Source: an uncultured Acidobacteriota bacterium (GTDB lineage: Bacteria; Acidobacteriota; Thermoanaerobaculia; UBA5066; Gp7-AA6). From it: a stretch of DNA of 64,000 nucleotides. Both the position numbers and the translations under genes were made by a program. The stretch covers positions 59,214 through 123,213 of the forward strand of contig CAWDSI010000006.1 in the NCBI GenBank assembly GCA_963804915.1, written 5' to 3'. Below are positions 38,268-49,397 of this stretch, piece by piece (within the stretch, counting starts at the first letter, position 1; the number at the start of each line of letters is the position of its first letter). Below the pieces are notes generated by a model. That model saw nothing but the letters and a program-made list of their open reading frames with translations, was not told the DNA's origin and ran no database searches.

Positions 38268-41200
38268 CTAGGGCAGATGGAACGCGCGGACGACGAAGAC
38301 GGCCATCTGGCCGCGGCTCACGGGATCGTCCGGGCAGTAGAGCAGCGGGCTCTTGCTGCAGCCGTTCGTCACGCCCGCGGCGTAGAGATCCTCGATCCAG
38401 TCGACCGCGAAGCCGCCCGGGCACGGCACGTCCTCGAAGACTCCGCTGCAGGGAGGCGGCGTGTAGGCGCTTCCCCGCGCGGCCTTCAGCACGAACACGG
38501 CCATCTGCGCGCGCGTCGCCATCTCCGTCGGGCAGTACAGGGGCGGGGCGTCGTTGCATCCGGCGGTGATCTCGATGGCGCCGAGCTCCTCGACCCAGTC
38601 CGCGAACAGGCTCGGGCACGCGACGTCGTTATACGCACCCGTGCACGCCGGCGGGATGGCGGCGCCGCGCGCCGCCTTGAGGAGAAACACCGCGAGCTGC
38701 GCGCGAGTCGTGGGCTGCTTGCTCCCGAAGAGCCCGCCGCCGATGCCGACGGCGACGTGATGGCGGACGAGGGTCTCGACATAGGGATGAAACTGGTCCG
38801 CGGCGGGGACGTCGAGGTAGTCGGCGAACCAGCCTTCGGGCAGCACGCTCGACGTTCCGTCCGTGTTCGCGACGAGCACATCGTTGAGCGTCCCGGGAAA
38901 GAGCGGCGGCGAGCTCGTCGTGATGTCCGTCGGGCTGTTGCCGAGAACCGCGGTGGACTGACCGCCGATGTCGACGCTGACCCCGTCTGCGAAACCGCGG
39001 CCGGTGACCGTGAGGGCCGTGCCGCCGAGCGCGTCTCCGGACGAGGGGGAAACGGTGAGCGCCCGGACCGGCATCGAGAAGCGGAAGACGACGCCCTGGC
39101 CGAATCCGCCGGTTCCGCCCTTGTCCGTCGTCCCGTAGATGTTTCCGTCGGAGGCTTCGACGACCGAGCTTTCGGGCGTGCCTCCTTCGGGCAAGTCGAA
39201 ATCGTGGAGCTTGAGGAAGTTGCCGTACCGGTCGAGCTGGAAGAGCGTTCCGACCCCGTGCGCTCCCCCTTCGTAGGTCGTCCCGAAGAAAAGGCCGCTG
39301 CTGCCGAGAGCGAGGCTCGAGGGGTACTGCCCGTCGGGCCCCGAAAAACCGTGGAGCACCCGCACGCGGCCTTCGGTATCGATGGCGAAGGCGGTTCCGG
39401 CGCCTCCCGGACCGCTGCGCGCCATTGACGCCATACATCAGCCCCCACGGGGCGGTGACCAGTGCGCTCGAAGGAGATTCGCCCTCGGCTCCTCCCGAGG
39501 AGAACGTGTGTGCGACCGTCACCTCTCCGGAGGGCGTCAACCGGTAGACGGTCCCTCGACTCGCCGGCGCCGTTCGCAGCGCCGTAGTAGTTGCCGTCGG
39601 GGCCTTCGGCGAGGCTCCAGGCGATTCCGTAGGCCTCGTCGAACGTGAACGCGTGCAGGAAGTCGAAGTCGATTCCGTCGGGGCTTCGGATCGCCGTCCC
39701 GTTGCCGGCGCTGGTCGCGCAGTAGAGATTCCCGTCGGATCCGTACGTGAGAGCGTCATACACGCTGCCGCCCTCCGCTTCGACGAGGCTATGCGTCTGC
39801 GCGTAGTCGCCGGCCGCGTCGATCTTGTAGATCGTTCCCAGGTTCTCGTCTCCGCCGGCGAGCGTGGCGCCGAACAACTCGCCTCCGGGCCCCGCAGCCA
39901 GTCCGCCGAGCGGGCCAAAGCCATCGACTCCATCGAACTCGAACAGGTGAACGTAGTCGAGCGCGCCGGCGAGCGTGAAGCGGAAGACCGTGCCGTATCC
40001 ATGGCCGCCGGACATCGTCGTGCCGTAGATGAGCCCGTCGGTGTGCTGGTGCAATCCGCTGATGGGGACCGCGCCGTCGCTCGAACCGAAGGAATGGATG
40101 ATCGAAAGAGGCCCTCCGACCGGAAAGGAGTACAGAGCTCCCGTGCCGTAGGCGCCTCCATAGGTCGCCGATCCGACGAGAGTCCCGTCGGCGAGCAGGA
40201 GCGGCACGGCATGCTGGGTACGAGGGGCCGGGGAAGTCGAAGTTCACGAGCACGGTGAACGTCGAATCCGTGTCGAGCCGGAAGAGAGTTCCGGATCCCT
40301 CGGCTCCCTCGAACGCGAGCCACTCCGTAGAGCGTGCCGGAATTGCTTCGAGCGACCTCGCGAAGGGTAGCTGCCCTGGCTCGGTACGAAGCTGTAAAGG
40401 ACGGCGTAATCGCCGTCGAGCGTCAGCGAGAAAACGGTGCCGGTCCGGAAATAGCTGCCAGCGCCGCCGTACTCTGTCGTGCCGAAGAGAGTGCCAGCCC
40501 CGTCCCAGATCAGCGTCGACGTCGGCTGTCGCGCCGTCGATCGAGGCCTGCGAAGGAGTGGATCAGCGTGACGGTTCCGTCCGTTTCGAGACGATAAATG
40601 GCGCCGTTGTTGCTCTCGCCGCCGTATTGGGTCGTTCCGTAAGCGACGCCCCCGGCGACGGGAGTCAATCCCCCGCCGGGGAACGCCCCTTCCGGCCCTT
40701 CGAAGTCATGAAGCTTTTCGAAGGCGCCGGCCGAGCTGATGGAGAAGATCGTGCCCCGGCCGAAGGCAGCCTCCTGCGGTCGCCGCGCCCAGGAACGTGC
40801 CACCCGAGCTCGCGAGAGGCGCCGTCGGACCGGAACCGTCCGCCCCCGAGAAGGAGTGCAGCACGGTGACGTGCCGGAGCCATCGATGCGAAACACGGTG
40901 CCCATTCCCGAGTCGCCGCCCGACTCGGTGGTGCCGTAGAACGCGCCGTCGCTTTCCAGCAGGCCGGCGAGCGGCCGCGCTCCGTCGGCGCCGGAAAAGG
41001 AGTGCAGCTCCACGTACGTGTACCCGGGCCCCGGGATCGGGGACAGCATGTAGACCGAGCCCTGCCCGAGCGCCCCGCCCGCAGCCGCGGTGCCGTAGAG
41101 GTTGCCGTCGCTTCCGAGGATCAGCGGGCTCGAGGGCGAGCCGGTACGTCGGGGGAAATTCGTGCAGGATCTCGTAGGTCTGGGCGCGTCCCCGGCTCCG

Positions 41201-41272
41201 GATCGACAGCGCGGCGAGCGCAAAGACCGATCTTGCAGCGAAGCCGCGGAGTCTCGGGCAGAAAATGTTCAA
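38268..41272 (-). CDS. Large secreted GloVer (Gloeo_Verruco)-repeat protein with an IPT/TIG domain and three C-terminal SLH repeats. It has many frameshifts. A TTG start near 41272 is inferred.
   Basis: More than 10 repeats of the type G..YGTT..GG..G.GTVF(R/K)(L/I) / LHSF.G.DG..P. The pieces are scattered over ORFs 40706..41323, 40510..41223, 38629..40323, 38486..40207 and 38268..39434. The last ORF contains the IPT block (TALTVTGRGFADGVSVDIGG) and SLH repeats ending SRGQMAVFVVRAFHLP*. Confidence 0.65.
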
Positions 41273-41294
41273 GGCGTACCTCGTTTTCGCGAGT

Positions 41295-42665
41295 CTATCG
41301 CGCGCCCGAGAATCCGGATTCACGGGCGGTCCCGGCGAGCGCCTTTTCCTTTCCGGGAGGGTGGTCCGCCCACCCGATGTCGAGGCTCGCTGGAAGCCGC
41401 GAGAGCTGCGTGAGCGTGGCCTGGAGCTCCTTCTTCTCGCCGGCGCGGAAGGGATTGACGTACTCCCAGACGGTCTCGCCGGCGGGGGTGACCTCGATCG
41501 CCCGTCCGCTATTCGACTCGACGATCAGAGTGTCGCCGTTGCCGAGGCGCTCGGCCTGGCCGTTGGACTCGGAAAAGATCCGCTGCCCCTCTTTGTCGCC
41601 ATACCGCCAGGCGATCACCTGCGTGAAGGGGTCGAGCTCGAGCACGCGCGAGAACCCGAGGCGCATCCCGGCGAAGTTGTCGAAGAGGAGCATCCGGCCG
41701 TTCTCGAGGATGCGCGGCGAGTGCTGCGCGCGCCACGGGCCGAGGAGCGCCCACACGATCTTCTCCGCCTGGGGGTCGAGAACGGCGACGACGTCGAGGC
41801 TCCGAAACGAGACGAGCAGATTGCCGGCGCGGAAAGCCTGGGAACGGTCGGCGAGGCGCCCATCGAGAATGACGACGGAGTTGGCGTGCAGGATGTCGCC
41901 CTCGCTCGCCATGTGTGCGAGGACGGCGGCGTAGTCGGAGCGCTCGAAGGCGGTGAGGAGCGAGATCCGCCGGAGCTCTTTCCCGTCGGGCGTCAGCACC
42001 GTCACGAAATCCACGTCGACGGGATCGCGGGGATTGACGGAAGGCACGACCTTCACTTCGCGCGTCAGGACGTAGATCGTGCCGTCGGCCGCCACGGCGA
42101 GGTCGTGATGCGCGCCGTTGAGGCTCGCCCACTTCAGGCGCGAGCTCCGATCGACCCGGACCAGTCCGATGTACTCCCAGATGGCGAGAAGATCTCCCTC
42201 CGGCAAGAGCTCCGCGCGGCGCCAGTACTCGGCGTAGTGGGCGGTCGCGCGGCCGAGTTTCAGATCCGGCCAGATCTTTCGGGACTCGATCGACCAGCGG
42301 TGATGCGCGAGGCCCTTCATGTCGAGAAGAAGCGCCTGGGTCTTGTGCGCGGACAACGCGAGATTCCAGCCCGGGAATGCCCGCGCCTCGTCGTACACGA
42401 GCACGCCGCTCTTTCCCGAGGCGGGGTTGTAGCCCTGCAGGTACGGAAGCTGGGTCAGCGCGCCGACGGCCTCGCGCTGCGCGAGCGCCGACTGATCCGT
42501 GGGAGTCCTGGCATAACGATGCGGGACGGACTCCGGCTTCAGGGCGCGGTACGCGTCCCGCAGCGGGTAGTACGGAAACCAGCGCCGCTCGCGCCCCACG
42601 AACCCGTAGAGAAACGCCCCCGCGAGGGCGGCAAGCACGGCGAGCCCGACGAGGACTTTCTTCAC
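41295..42665 (-). CDS. Arylsulfotransferase (ASST)-family beta-propeller protein with an N-terminal signal anchor.
   Basis: Intact 456-aa ORF. MKKVLVGLAVLAALAGAFLYGFV, then ...HANSVVILDGRLADRSQAFRAGNLLVSFRSLDVVAVLDP...ENGRMLLFDNF..., which is ASST-like. Confidence 0.7.
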   Translation of the reverse strand: MKKVLVGLAVLAALAGAFLYGFVGRERRWFPYYPLRDAYRALKPESVPHRYARTPTDQSALAQREAVGALTQLPYLQGYNPASGKSGVLVYDEARAFPGWNLALSAHKTQALLLDMKGLAHHRWSIESRKIWPDLKLGRATAHYAEYWRRAELLPEGDLLAIWEYIGLVRVDRSSRLKWASLNGAHHDLAVAADGTIYVLTREVKVVPSVNPRDPVDVDFVTVLTPDGKELRRISLLTAFERSDYAAVLAHMASEGDILHANSVVILDGRLADRSQAFRAGNLLVSFRSLDVVAVLDPQAEKIVWALLGPWRAQHSPRILENGRMLLFDNFAGMRLGFSRVLELDPFTQVIAWRYGDKEGQRIFSESNGQAERLGNGDTLIVESNSGRAIEVTPAGETVWEYVNPFRAGEKKELQATLTQLSRLPASLDIGWADHPPGKEKALAGTARESGFSGAR

Positions 42666-42699
42666 CGCGGCCCCGTTGCGGGACTTTCCGCTATCGCCG

Positions 42700-44583
42700 C
42701 TATCGCGAGACCGCGCGCGACGGCGCCGCCGACTGCTCTCTCGAATCGGATTCCATCGCCGTCAATCCCTTCTCGAGCCACGCGAACTCGCCGTCGAGCA
42801 GATGCCGGGCGGTCCGGTACTTCGCGACGTCGTCGTTGGAGCCGATGCCGCGGAAATGCTCGGCGATGCGGCGGCGCATGCCGCGGCAGAAGATGTCGGC
42901 GAGCTCGGCCGCCTTCGGCGCTTCGGCGGCTCCGGAGCGGCGAAGGGCGTCGGCGCGGGACAGCGCGGCGGCCATGGCGAACAGATCCGCGCCGATGTCG
43001 ACGGCGCGGAAGAGGAGCGCCTGCCGCTTCTCGAGCTTGGGGCCGAGCTTGAGCATCTGGTGGAACAGCGTCCGCGCGAGCTTGCGCGTCGTGCGCTCGG
43101 CGAACCGGACGTGACCGGCGAGAGGCCCGAACTCGGAGAAGCGCGGCCAGCCGCTCCAGCCGAGCCAGCGGCTCGGGTACCACCAGCCGTAGAAGCCCGC
43201 CATCTTCGGAAGGGCCGAGAGCTTCGCGGACATGGACGCCTTCGGGTCGGCGAACGGGCCGGCGATCTTGAGGTGCGTGTCCACCGCTTCGCGCGCGATG
43301 AAGAGCCGCATGATCTCCGAGGAGCCCTCGAAGATGAGGTTGATCCGGAAGTCGCGGAGGATCCGCTCGACCGGGATCGGCGCCTCGCCGCGGGCGCGCA
43401 GAGAGTCCGCGGTCTCGTAGCCCCGGCCGCCGCGGATCTGGAGCGTGCGGTCGACGATCTTCCAGCCTTCCTCGGAGTTCCACATCTTGGCGACCGCCGC
43501 CTCGAGGCGGATGTCGCGGTCGCCCATGTCGGCCATGGACGAGGCGAGATCCGTGATCGCGTCCATCGCGAACGTCGTCGCCGCCATCTCGGCCAGCAAT
43601 TGCGCGATCGCGTCGTGGCGCCCGATGGGCAGCCCCCACTGGATCCGCTCGTTCGACCAGGTGCGGCAGATCTCGAGGCAGCGCTTGCCGAGCACCGCGG
43701 AAGAGGCCGGCAGCGTCAGCCGGCCGGTGTTGAGCGTGATGAGCGCGAGCTTCAGGCCCTTGCCCTCGCCCCAGAGGAGGTTCTCCTTCGGGACGCGGAC
43801 CTTCGTGAAGCGGATGACGCCGTTCTCGATGGCCCTCAGCCCCATGAAGTGGCAACGGATGACGACCTCGACGCCCGGCGAGGACCTCTCGACGATGAAC
43901 GCCGAGATCTTCTTCGTGTCCGGGTGCCGCGCCATGACGACGTAGAGCTCGGCGATCGTGCCGTTCGTGCACCAGAGCTTCTCGCCGTCGAGGATGTAGT
44001 CGCCTTCCGGCGTGCGCGTCGCGATCGTCGACAGGTTGGCCGGATCCGATCCGACCTGCGCCTCGGTCAGGGCGAACGCCGACACGGCGCCGGCCGCGAG
44101 CCGGGGAAGGTACTTCTTCTTCTGCTCCTTCGTCCCGAAGAGCTTGAGCGGCTGCGGGACGCCGATCGACTGGTGCGCGGAGAGGAGCGTCACGAGGTTG
44201 CCGTCGCGCGAGGTGATCAGCTTCATCGCTTCGCCGTACTCGCGCTGCGTGAAGCCCAGGCCGCCGTACTCCTTCGGGATCTTCATCCCGAAGGCGCCGA
44301 GCTCGGCGAGGCCCTTGATGACCGACGGCGGAATCTTGCCTTCCCGGTCGATCGCGTCGGGATCGACCTCCTCGACGAGGAACCGCTCGAGGCGGTCCAT
44401 GTAGTCGCGGAACTCCGGGCGCTCGGGCGGGGCGGCCGGGAACGGATGGACGAGGTCGAGTCGGAAGTTGCCGAGGAAGATCTGCCTCAGAAACGAGGGC
44501 GCCTGCCACTCGCTCTCGCGGGCCTCTTCGGCCACGCGGCGTGCTTCGTCGGCGCTGACGGGCTTCGGGGATGCTTCGGCCAT
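42700..44583 (-). CDS. Long-chain acyl-CoA dehydrogenase (ACAD9/FadE-like with C-terminal extension).
   Basis: Intact 627-aa ORF. FALTEAQVGSDPANL, YILDGEKLWCTNGTIAELYVVMAR, QIRGGRGYETADS, IFEGSSEIMRLFIAREAVD. Confidence 0.9.
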   Translation of the reverse strand: MAEASPKPVSADEARRVAEEARESEWQAPSFLRQIFLGNFRLDLVHPFPAAPPERPEFRDYMDRLERFLVEEVDPDAIDREGKIPPSVIKGLAELGAFGMKIPKEYGGLGFTQREYGEAMKLITSRDGNLVTLLSAHQSIGVPQPLKLFGTKEQKKKYLPRLAAGAVSAFALTEAQVGSDPANLSTIATRTPEGDYILDGEKLWCTNGTIAELYVVMARHPDTKKISAFIVERSSPGVEVVIRCHFMGLRAIENGVIRFTKVRVPKENLLWGEGKGLKLALITLNTGRLTLPASSAVLGKRCLEICRTWSNERIQWGLPIGRHDAIAQLLAEMAATTFAMDAITDLASSMADMGDRDIRLEAAVAKMWNSEEGWKIVDRTLQIRGGRGYETADSLRARGEAPIPVERILRDFRINLIFEGSSEIMRLFIAREAVDTHLKIAGPFADPKASMSAKLSALPKMAGFYGWWYPSRWLGWSGWPRFSEFGPLAGHVRFAERTTRKLARTLFHQMLKLGPKLEKRQALLFRAVDIGADLFAMAAALSRADALRRSGAAEAPKAAELADIFCRGMRRRIAEHFRGIGSNDDVAKYRTARHLLDGEFAWLEKGLTAMESDSREQSAAPSRAVSR

Positions 44584-44633
44584 GGGTTGTATGACTTTAC
44601 AACAAACGTGCCAGCCTTCCCGGCCCGTCTATA

Positions 44634-45403
44634 GTGTCCGGCCGGGTGAGCAACAAGTATCTGTCCTACGACGAGGACCGCGCTCCGAAGGTGCGCGAGA
44701 TGTTCTCCCGGCTGGCCCGGAGATACGACCTCGTCAACGACGTCATGAGCTTCGGGATGCATCGCATCTGGAAGCGGCAGACCGTCCGCCTGGCGCTCGC
44801 GGGAGCCCCGCGGAACGCCCGCGTGCTCGACCTCTGCTGCGGCAGCGGGGATCTCTGCTTCCTCGCGGAGGAGCAGGGCGCCGAAGCGGTCTTCGGCGCG
44901 GATTTCACGCTTCCGATGCTCGCGGTGGCGAAGCGGCGCCGCGCCGACGCGCGTCCGACGGCGCAGCAAACCCGGCCGCGCAGACGGCCGGCGGGGACCG
45001 CAGTTCATCCAGGCCGATGCGCTTCGCCTGCCCTTCCCCGACGGATCGTTCGACGTGCTGACGATCGGATACGGCCTGCGCAACGTCGCCGACATTCCGG
45101 CGGCGCTCCTGGAGATGCGGCGGGTGCTCGCGCCCGGAGGCCGCGCGGTCGTCCTGGATTTCGGCAAGCCGGATCGCGCGCTTCCCGCCGCGCTGTACCG
45201 GGCCTACCTCGGCACAGTGATGCCCGCGGTGGGATGGATCTTCCATCGCGATCCGCAGACGTATGCGTACATCCCCGCCTCGCTCGAGAGGTATCCCGGC
45301 GCAGCGCGGCGTCGAGGCCCTGATGCGGGCCGCAGGCTTCGGCGAAGTCCGCTACGAGGAGCGGCTGCTCGGAACGATGGGGATCAACATCGGCCAGACC
45401 TGA
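44634..45403 (+). CDS. ubiE: UbiE/MenG-family class I SAM-dependent methyltransferase (demethylmenaquinone/ubiquinone C-methyltransferase-like). About three frameshifts.
   Basis: [39 protein letters not shown], then [56 protein letters not shown]...[11 protein letters not shown], then [33 protein letters not shown]. Confidence 0.75.
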
Positions 45404-45446
45404 CCCTCGACCCTCAACCCTCGACTCGTATAGACTCCCCCGCCCT

Positions 45447-47219
45447 ATGGCGCACCAGTACATCTACACAATGGTCAACCTGCGGAAGGTCGTGCCTCCG
45501 CAGCGCGAGATTCTCAAGGGCATCTACCTGTCCTTCCTCCCGGGAGCCAAGATCGGCGTCCTCGGCCTCAACGGCGCGGGCAAGTCCACGCTGCTGAAGA
45601 TCATGGCCGGCGTCGAGAAGGACTTCGCCGGCGAGGCCTTTCCGGCCGACGGCACGCGCGTCGGATTCCTGCCGCAGGATCCGCGGCTCGATACCTCGAA
45701 GAACGTCCTCGGCAACGTCGAGGAGGGTGTCGCGAAGACGCGGGCCCTGCTCAAGCGGTTCGAGGAGCTCAACGAGAAGCTGGCCGAGGAGCTCTCGGAG
45801 GCCGAGAGCGAGAAGGTCATGGCCGAGTACCAGCGCGTCCAGGACGCGATCGAGGCCGTGAACGCGTGGGAGCTCGACCGGCAACTCGAGATCGCGATGG
45901 ACGCCCTGCGCCTGCCGCCCCCCGACACGGACGTGACGAAGATCTCCGGGGGCGAGAAGCGCCGCGTGGCTCTCTGCAAGATCCTGCTCGAGAAGCCGGA
46001 CCTGCTGCTCCTCGACGAGCCGACGAATCATCTCGACGCCGAGTCCGTCGCGTGGCTCGAGCGGCATCTGGCCGAATACCCCGGCACGGTCGTCGCCGTC
46101 ACGCACGACCGCTACTTCCTCGACAACGTCGCGGGCTGGATCCTGGAGCTCGATCGCGGCGCCGGCATCCCGTGGAAGGGCAACTACTCGAGCTGGCTCG
46201 AGCAGAAGGAAAACCGACTCGAGCTCGAAGAGAAGGCCGAGACGGCCAAGCGCCGCACACTCCAGCGCGAGCTCGAATGGATCAAGATGTCTCCCCGCGC
46301 GCGGCATGCGAAGAGCCGCGCCCGCATCGACCGCTACGAAGCGCTGCTCACCGACTCGGGTCCCGAGACCCGCGGCGAGACGCAGGAGCTCTTCATCCCC
46401 GCGGGTCCCCGCCTGGGAGACGTCGTCGTGCGCGCCGAAGGCGTGCGCAAGGCCTTCGGCGACCGGCTCCTGATGGAAGATTTGAACTTCGACCTGCCGC
46501 GCGGCGGAATCGTCGGCATCATCGGCGCGAACGGCGCCGGCAAGACGACGCTCTTCAAGATGATCGTCGGCAAGGAGAAGCCCGACGCGGGCAAGCTCGT
46601 GGTCGGCGACACGGTCGTGCCCTCCTACGTCGACCAGGACCGCGACCGCGCCGATCCGAGCAAGTCCGTTTTCGACGAGATCTCGGGCGGCCTCGAGAAG
46701 CTCATCCTCGGCAAGCGCGAGATCCCCGCGCGGGCCTACGTCTCGATGTTCAACTTCAAGGGCCCGGACCAGCAGAAGCGCATCGGCGATCTCTCGGGCG
46801 GCGAGGTCAACCGTCTTCACCTCGCGCGGACGCTCAAGAAGGCCGGCAACGTGCTGCTCCTCGACGAGCCGACGAACGACCTCGACGTCGACACGCTCCG
46901 CGCGCTCGAGGAGGCCCTGGTCAACTTCGGCGGCTGCGCGGTCGTCATCAGCCACGACCGGTGGTTCCTCGACCGCATCGCGACCCACATCCTCGCCTTC
47001 GAGGGCGAGAGCCAGGCCGTCTGGTTCGAGGGGAACTACCAGGAGTACGAGGCCGACCGGAAGCGCCGCCTCGGCATGGACGCGGACCAGCCGCACCGGA
47101 TCAAATACAAGACGGCTGGCCGTCGGCTAGCCGTCATCCTGAGCGAAGCCGAAGGACCCGTCAGACTCGAAAAGCACGGGATCCCTCGTCGCTGCGCTCC
47201 TCGGGATGACGCGCGATGA
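45447..47219 (+). CDS. ettA: Energy-dependent translational throttle ABC-F ATPase EttA. The literal ORF is about 35 aa longer than the family norm because it reads into the downstream repeat element. The true stop is probably near 47128-47130.
   Basis: Intact [21 protein letters not shown]...[16 protein letters not shown]...[13 protein letters not shown]...[14 protein letters not shown]...[15 protein letters not shown]...QPHRIKYK. It then continues as [16 protein letters not shown]..., which is the translation of repeat copy B. Confidence 0.85.
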   Translation: MAHQYIYTMVNLRKVVPPQREILKGIYLSFLPGAKIGVLGLNGAGKSTLLKIMAGVEKDFAGEAFPADGTRVGFLPQDPRLDTSKNVLGNVEEGVAKTRALLKRFEELNEKLAEELSEAESEKVMAEYQRVQDAIEAVNAWELDRQLEIAMDALRLPPPDTDVTKISGGEKRRVALCKILLEKPDLLLLDEPTNHLDAESVAWLERHLAEYPGTVVAVTHDRYFLDNVAGWILELDRGAGIPWKGNYSSWLEQKENRLELEEKAETAKRRTLQRELEWIKMSPRARHAKSRARIDRYEALLTDSGPETRGETQELFIPAGPRLGDVVVRAEGVRKAFGDRLLMEDLNFDLPRGGIVGIIGANGAGKTTLFKMIVGKEKPDAGKLVVGDTVVPSYVDQDRDRADPSKSVFDEISGGLEKLILGKREIPARAYVSMFNFKGPDQQKRIGDLSGGEVNRLHLARTLKKAGNVLLLDEPTNDLDVDTLRALEEALVNFGGCAVVISHDRWFLDRIATHILAFEGESQAVWFEGNYQEYEADRKRRLGMDADQPHRIKYKTAGRRLAVILSEAEGPVRLEKHGIPRRCAPRDDAR

Positions 47220-47224
47220 CGGCT
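47127..47224. repeat. MITE/REP-like element, copy B (~98 bp).
   Basis: CTAGCCGTCATCCTGAGCGAAGC ... GCTCCTCGGGATGACGcgcGATGACGGC. The left arm is identical to copy A and the interior is shorter. Confidence 0.5.
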
Positions 47225-47237
47225 GACGCGCGAGGAC

Positions 47238-47654
47238 CTAGCGGTCTCCGCGCGTCACCAGCGCCGCGACGACGCCCACGACCGCCAGAACGACGAGCAC
47301 CTTGCCGACGCGGGAGCGGCGGCGCGGGCGGGGACGCCCCACCCAGTCTTCGGCGAGCGCGGTGCCCTTCTCGGTGAGGGCCTCGAGCAGATCGGCGCCG
47401 TGCTTGCGCGCCTCCGAATAGAAATCCGATCCGCGCTCCGAGAGCTCGTCCTTCAGATCCTCGAGCTCGGGCTTGCTCTTCTGGAAGCCCTTCGCGAGGC
47501 TCTCCTTCGCTTCGGCGTAGAAGCGATCGGTGTCGAACCGCCCCCCGCGGCGGAGGCTTTCGATCGCGATCGGCAAAGCGACCTTGGTCATCAGCGGCAC
47601 GACGATCGGGCCGAGCGCCTCGGCGGTCGCGCGGGACAGACTTTTACGGGCCAT
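47238..47654 (-). CDS. DUF883/ElaB-YqjD-like small protein with a C-terminal membrane anchor.
   Basis: 138-aa ORF. A coiled-coil-like N-terminal region (ESLAKGFQKSKPELEDLKDELSERGSDFYSEARKHG) and a C-terminal TM segment VLVVLAVVGVVAALV. Confidence 0.55.
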   Translation of the reverse strand: MARKSLSRATAEALGPIVVPLMTKVALPIAIESLRRGGRFDTDRFYAEAKESLAKGFQKSKPELEDLKDELSERGSDFYSEARKHGADLLEALTEKGTALAEDWVGRPRPRRRSRVGKVLVVLAVVGVVAALVTRGDR

Positions 47655-47687
47655 GAGATCTCCTCCTTGGGAGTCGACAGTTTAGGG

Positions 47688-48654
47688 ATGACAGTCTACA
47701 GTCCTGGCCGCTTGCTCAGCGCGGCGCTCCTCGTCCTTGCTCTGCAAACTCCGGGCCCCCAGGCGCCCGGGCCCTTACGCCGTCGTCCTGGGGGTCGCGC
47801 AGGATGGGGGCGTGCCCCACGCCGGGTGCCGCCAGCCGCTCTGCGTCGAGGCCCGCACCGACCCGGCCAAGCGGCGGCGCGTCGCGTCCCTCGGCCTCGT
47901 CGACCCGGCCGCGGGCCGCCGATTTCTCGTCGACGCCACACCGGACTTCGCCGACCAGATCGAGAGCCTCGGCGGCCGTCCGGACGGCATCCTGCTCACG
48001 CATGCGCACATCGGCCACTACCTGGGCCTCGCCCAGCTCGGCCGCGAAGTCCTCGGCGCGCGAAACGTCCCCGTCTACTGCACGCCCTCCATGGCGAAGT
48101 TCCTGCGCGAGAACAAGCCCTGGAGCCGGCTCGTGGCGCTCGAGAACATCGCGATCCGCGAGGTCGCGCCGGGAAGCGAAGTCGTCCTGACCGACAGCCT
48201 GCGCGCGACGCCGATCCGCGTTCCGCATCGCGACGAGGACTCCGACACGGTGGCCTGGCTCATTCGCGGCCCGTCGCGCGCGATCCTCTGGCTGCCCGAC
48301 ATCGACAAGTGGGAGAAGTGGGACCGGAGCCTCCCGGCGCTTCTCGAAGATCCCACCCTGGTGGCGTTCGTCGACGGCACGTTTCAGTCCGCCGACGAGA
48401 TTCCCGGCCGCTCGATCGCGGAGATCCCGCACCCGCTCGTTTCCGAAACGGCGGCCCTCGTGGCCGGGATGCCGCAGGCCAGGGGCCGCGTCTATCTGGT
48501 CCACCTGAACCACACCAACCGGCTGCTCTGGGACGAGAACGCGAAGGCCGCTCTCGCCGAGCGCGGGGTCGGTGTCGCAAAGGAGGGACAGCGGATTCCG
48601 CTGGCGGGGTCCGCGGCGCCCGCGACGCCCGTCACGCCGCCGGCTCGGGAGTAA
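47688..48654 (+). CDS. Secreted MBL-fold metallo-hydrolase, PqqB-like. Frameshift after the signal peptide near 47760.
   Basis: ATG at 47688 gives MTVYSPGRLLSAALLVLALQTPGPQAPG. It then shifts into YAVVLGVAQDGGVPHAGC...LLTHAHIGHYLGL...HLNHTN (ORF 47737..48654). Confidence 0.7.
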
Positions 48655-48666
48655 GATCGATCTCCC

Positions 48667-49086
48667 ATGTCCGCCCCGGTTCCCGATCCGCCTCCCGTTC
48701 TCCCCTGGCGCGGCACGACGGCGCACCATCGCAGCGGATGGCCCGAAGGCTACTGGCGCAAGGTCGTCTGGAGAGGGCTGCGCCTCCGCTGCCCGGTGTG
48801 CGGCCAGGGCCGGCTGTTTCGGACGTACTTCACGATGCACGAGAGCTGCTCCTGTTGCGGCGTGCGGTTCGCGCGCGAGCACGGGCAGTGGGTCGGATCG
48901 CTCGACATCAACACGTTCGTCGTCGCCTTCGGTCTCATGATCGCGTCGGCGTTCTCGCCGCTCTGGCCGCTGCCCATCATGCTGGGCGTGTGGGGCGGCG
49001 CGGCCATCGTCGTCCCCCTGATCACTTTTCGTTTCAGCCGGGGTCTCTGGACGGCCATCGTCCACCTGACGGGAGGGGTGTACTGA
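48667..49086 (+). CDS. DUF983-family small membrane protein with a zinc ribbon.
   Basis: 139-aa ORF. CPVCGQGRLF...CSCCGVRF, then a TM segment. Confidence 0.65.
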   Translation: MSAPVPDPPPVLPWRGTTAHHRSGWPEGYWRKVVWRGLRLRCPVCGQGRLFRTYFTMHESCSCCGVRFAREHGQWVGSLDINTFVVAFGLMIASAFSPLWPLPIMLGVWGGAAIVVPLITFRFSRGLWTAIVHLTGGVY

Positions 49087-49397
49087 CGCGGGAATGACTG
49101 CCGTTTCCCGCACGTTGCCTCGCCCCGTGTCTGGAACGACGGACCCCCGAAAAGGAAAACCCTCCACGATGACCCCGGAAGGACACACGCGCGCGCCGGC
49201 CTCGGACCGCCGCGACCAGGCCGACCGCCGCACCGAGCATCGCATCGACCGACGCGCTTACGATCGCTACAGCACCGTGGGCGCGCACCGGGCGGATCGC
49301 CGCCAGGGCGAGCGCCGCCGTCCCTCGCACTGACGCACGATTCGGGCGCGCCGGGCACTCCGGGCGTTCCGGGCGGGCACGGTATCCTACGCGCCGC

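Noticed and set aside
42676-44634. 652-aa plus ORF antisense to acyl-CoA dehydrogenase (the same applies to 45414..47096 minus over ettA, 47716..49245 minus, 49575..52136 minus, 60502..62298 minus)
   Set aside because: Each is the opposite strand of an intact or well-motifed gene, and is Arg/Gly/Asp-rich.
49094-49333. 79-aa basic ORF between DUF983 and the M24 peptidase
   Set aside because: It is Arg/Asp-rich with low complexity (DRRxxDRR) and no RBS. It is probably non-coding spacer.
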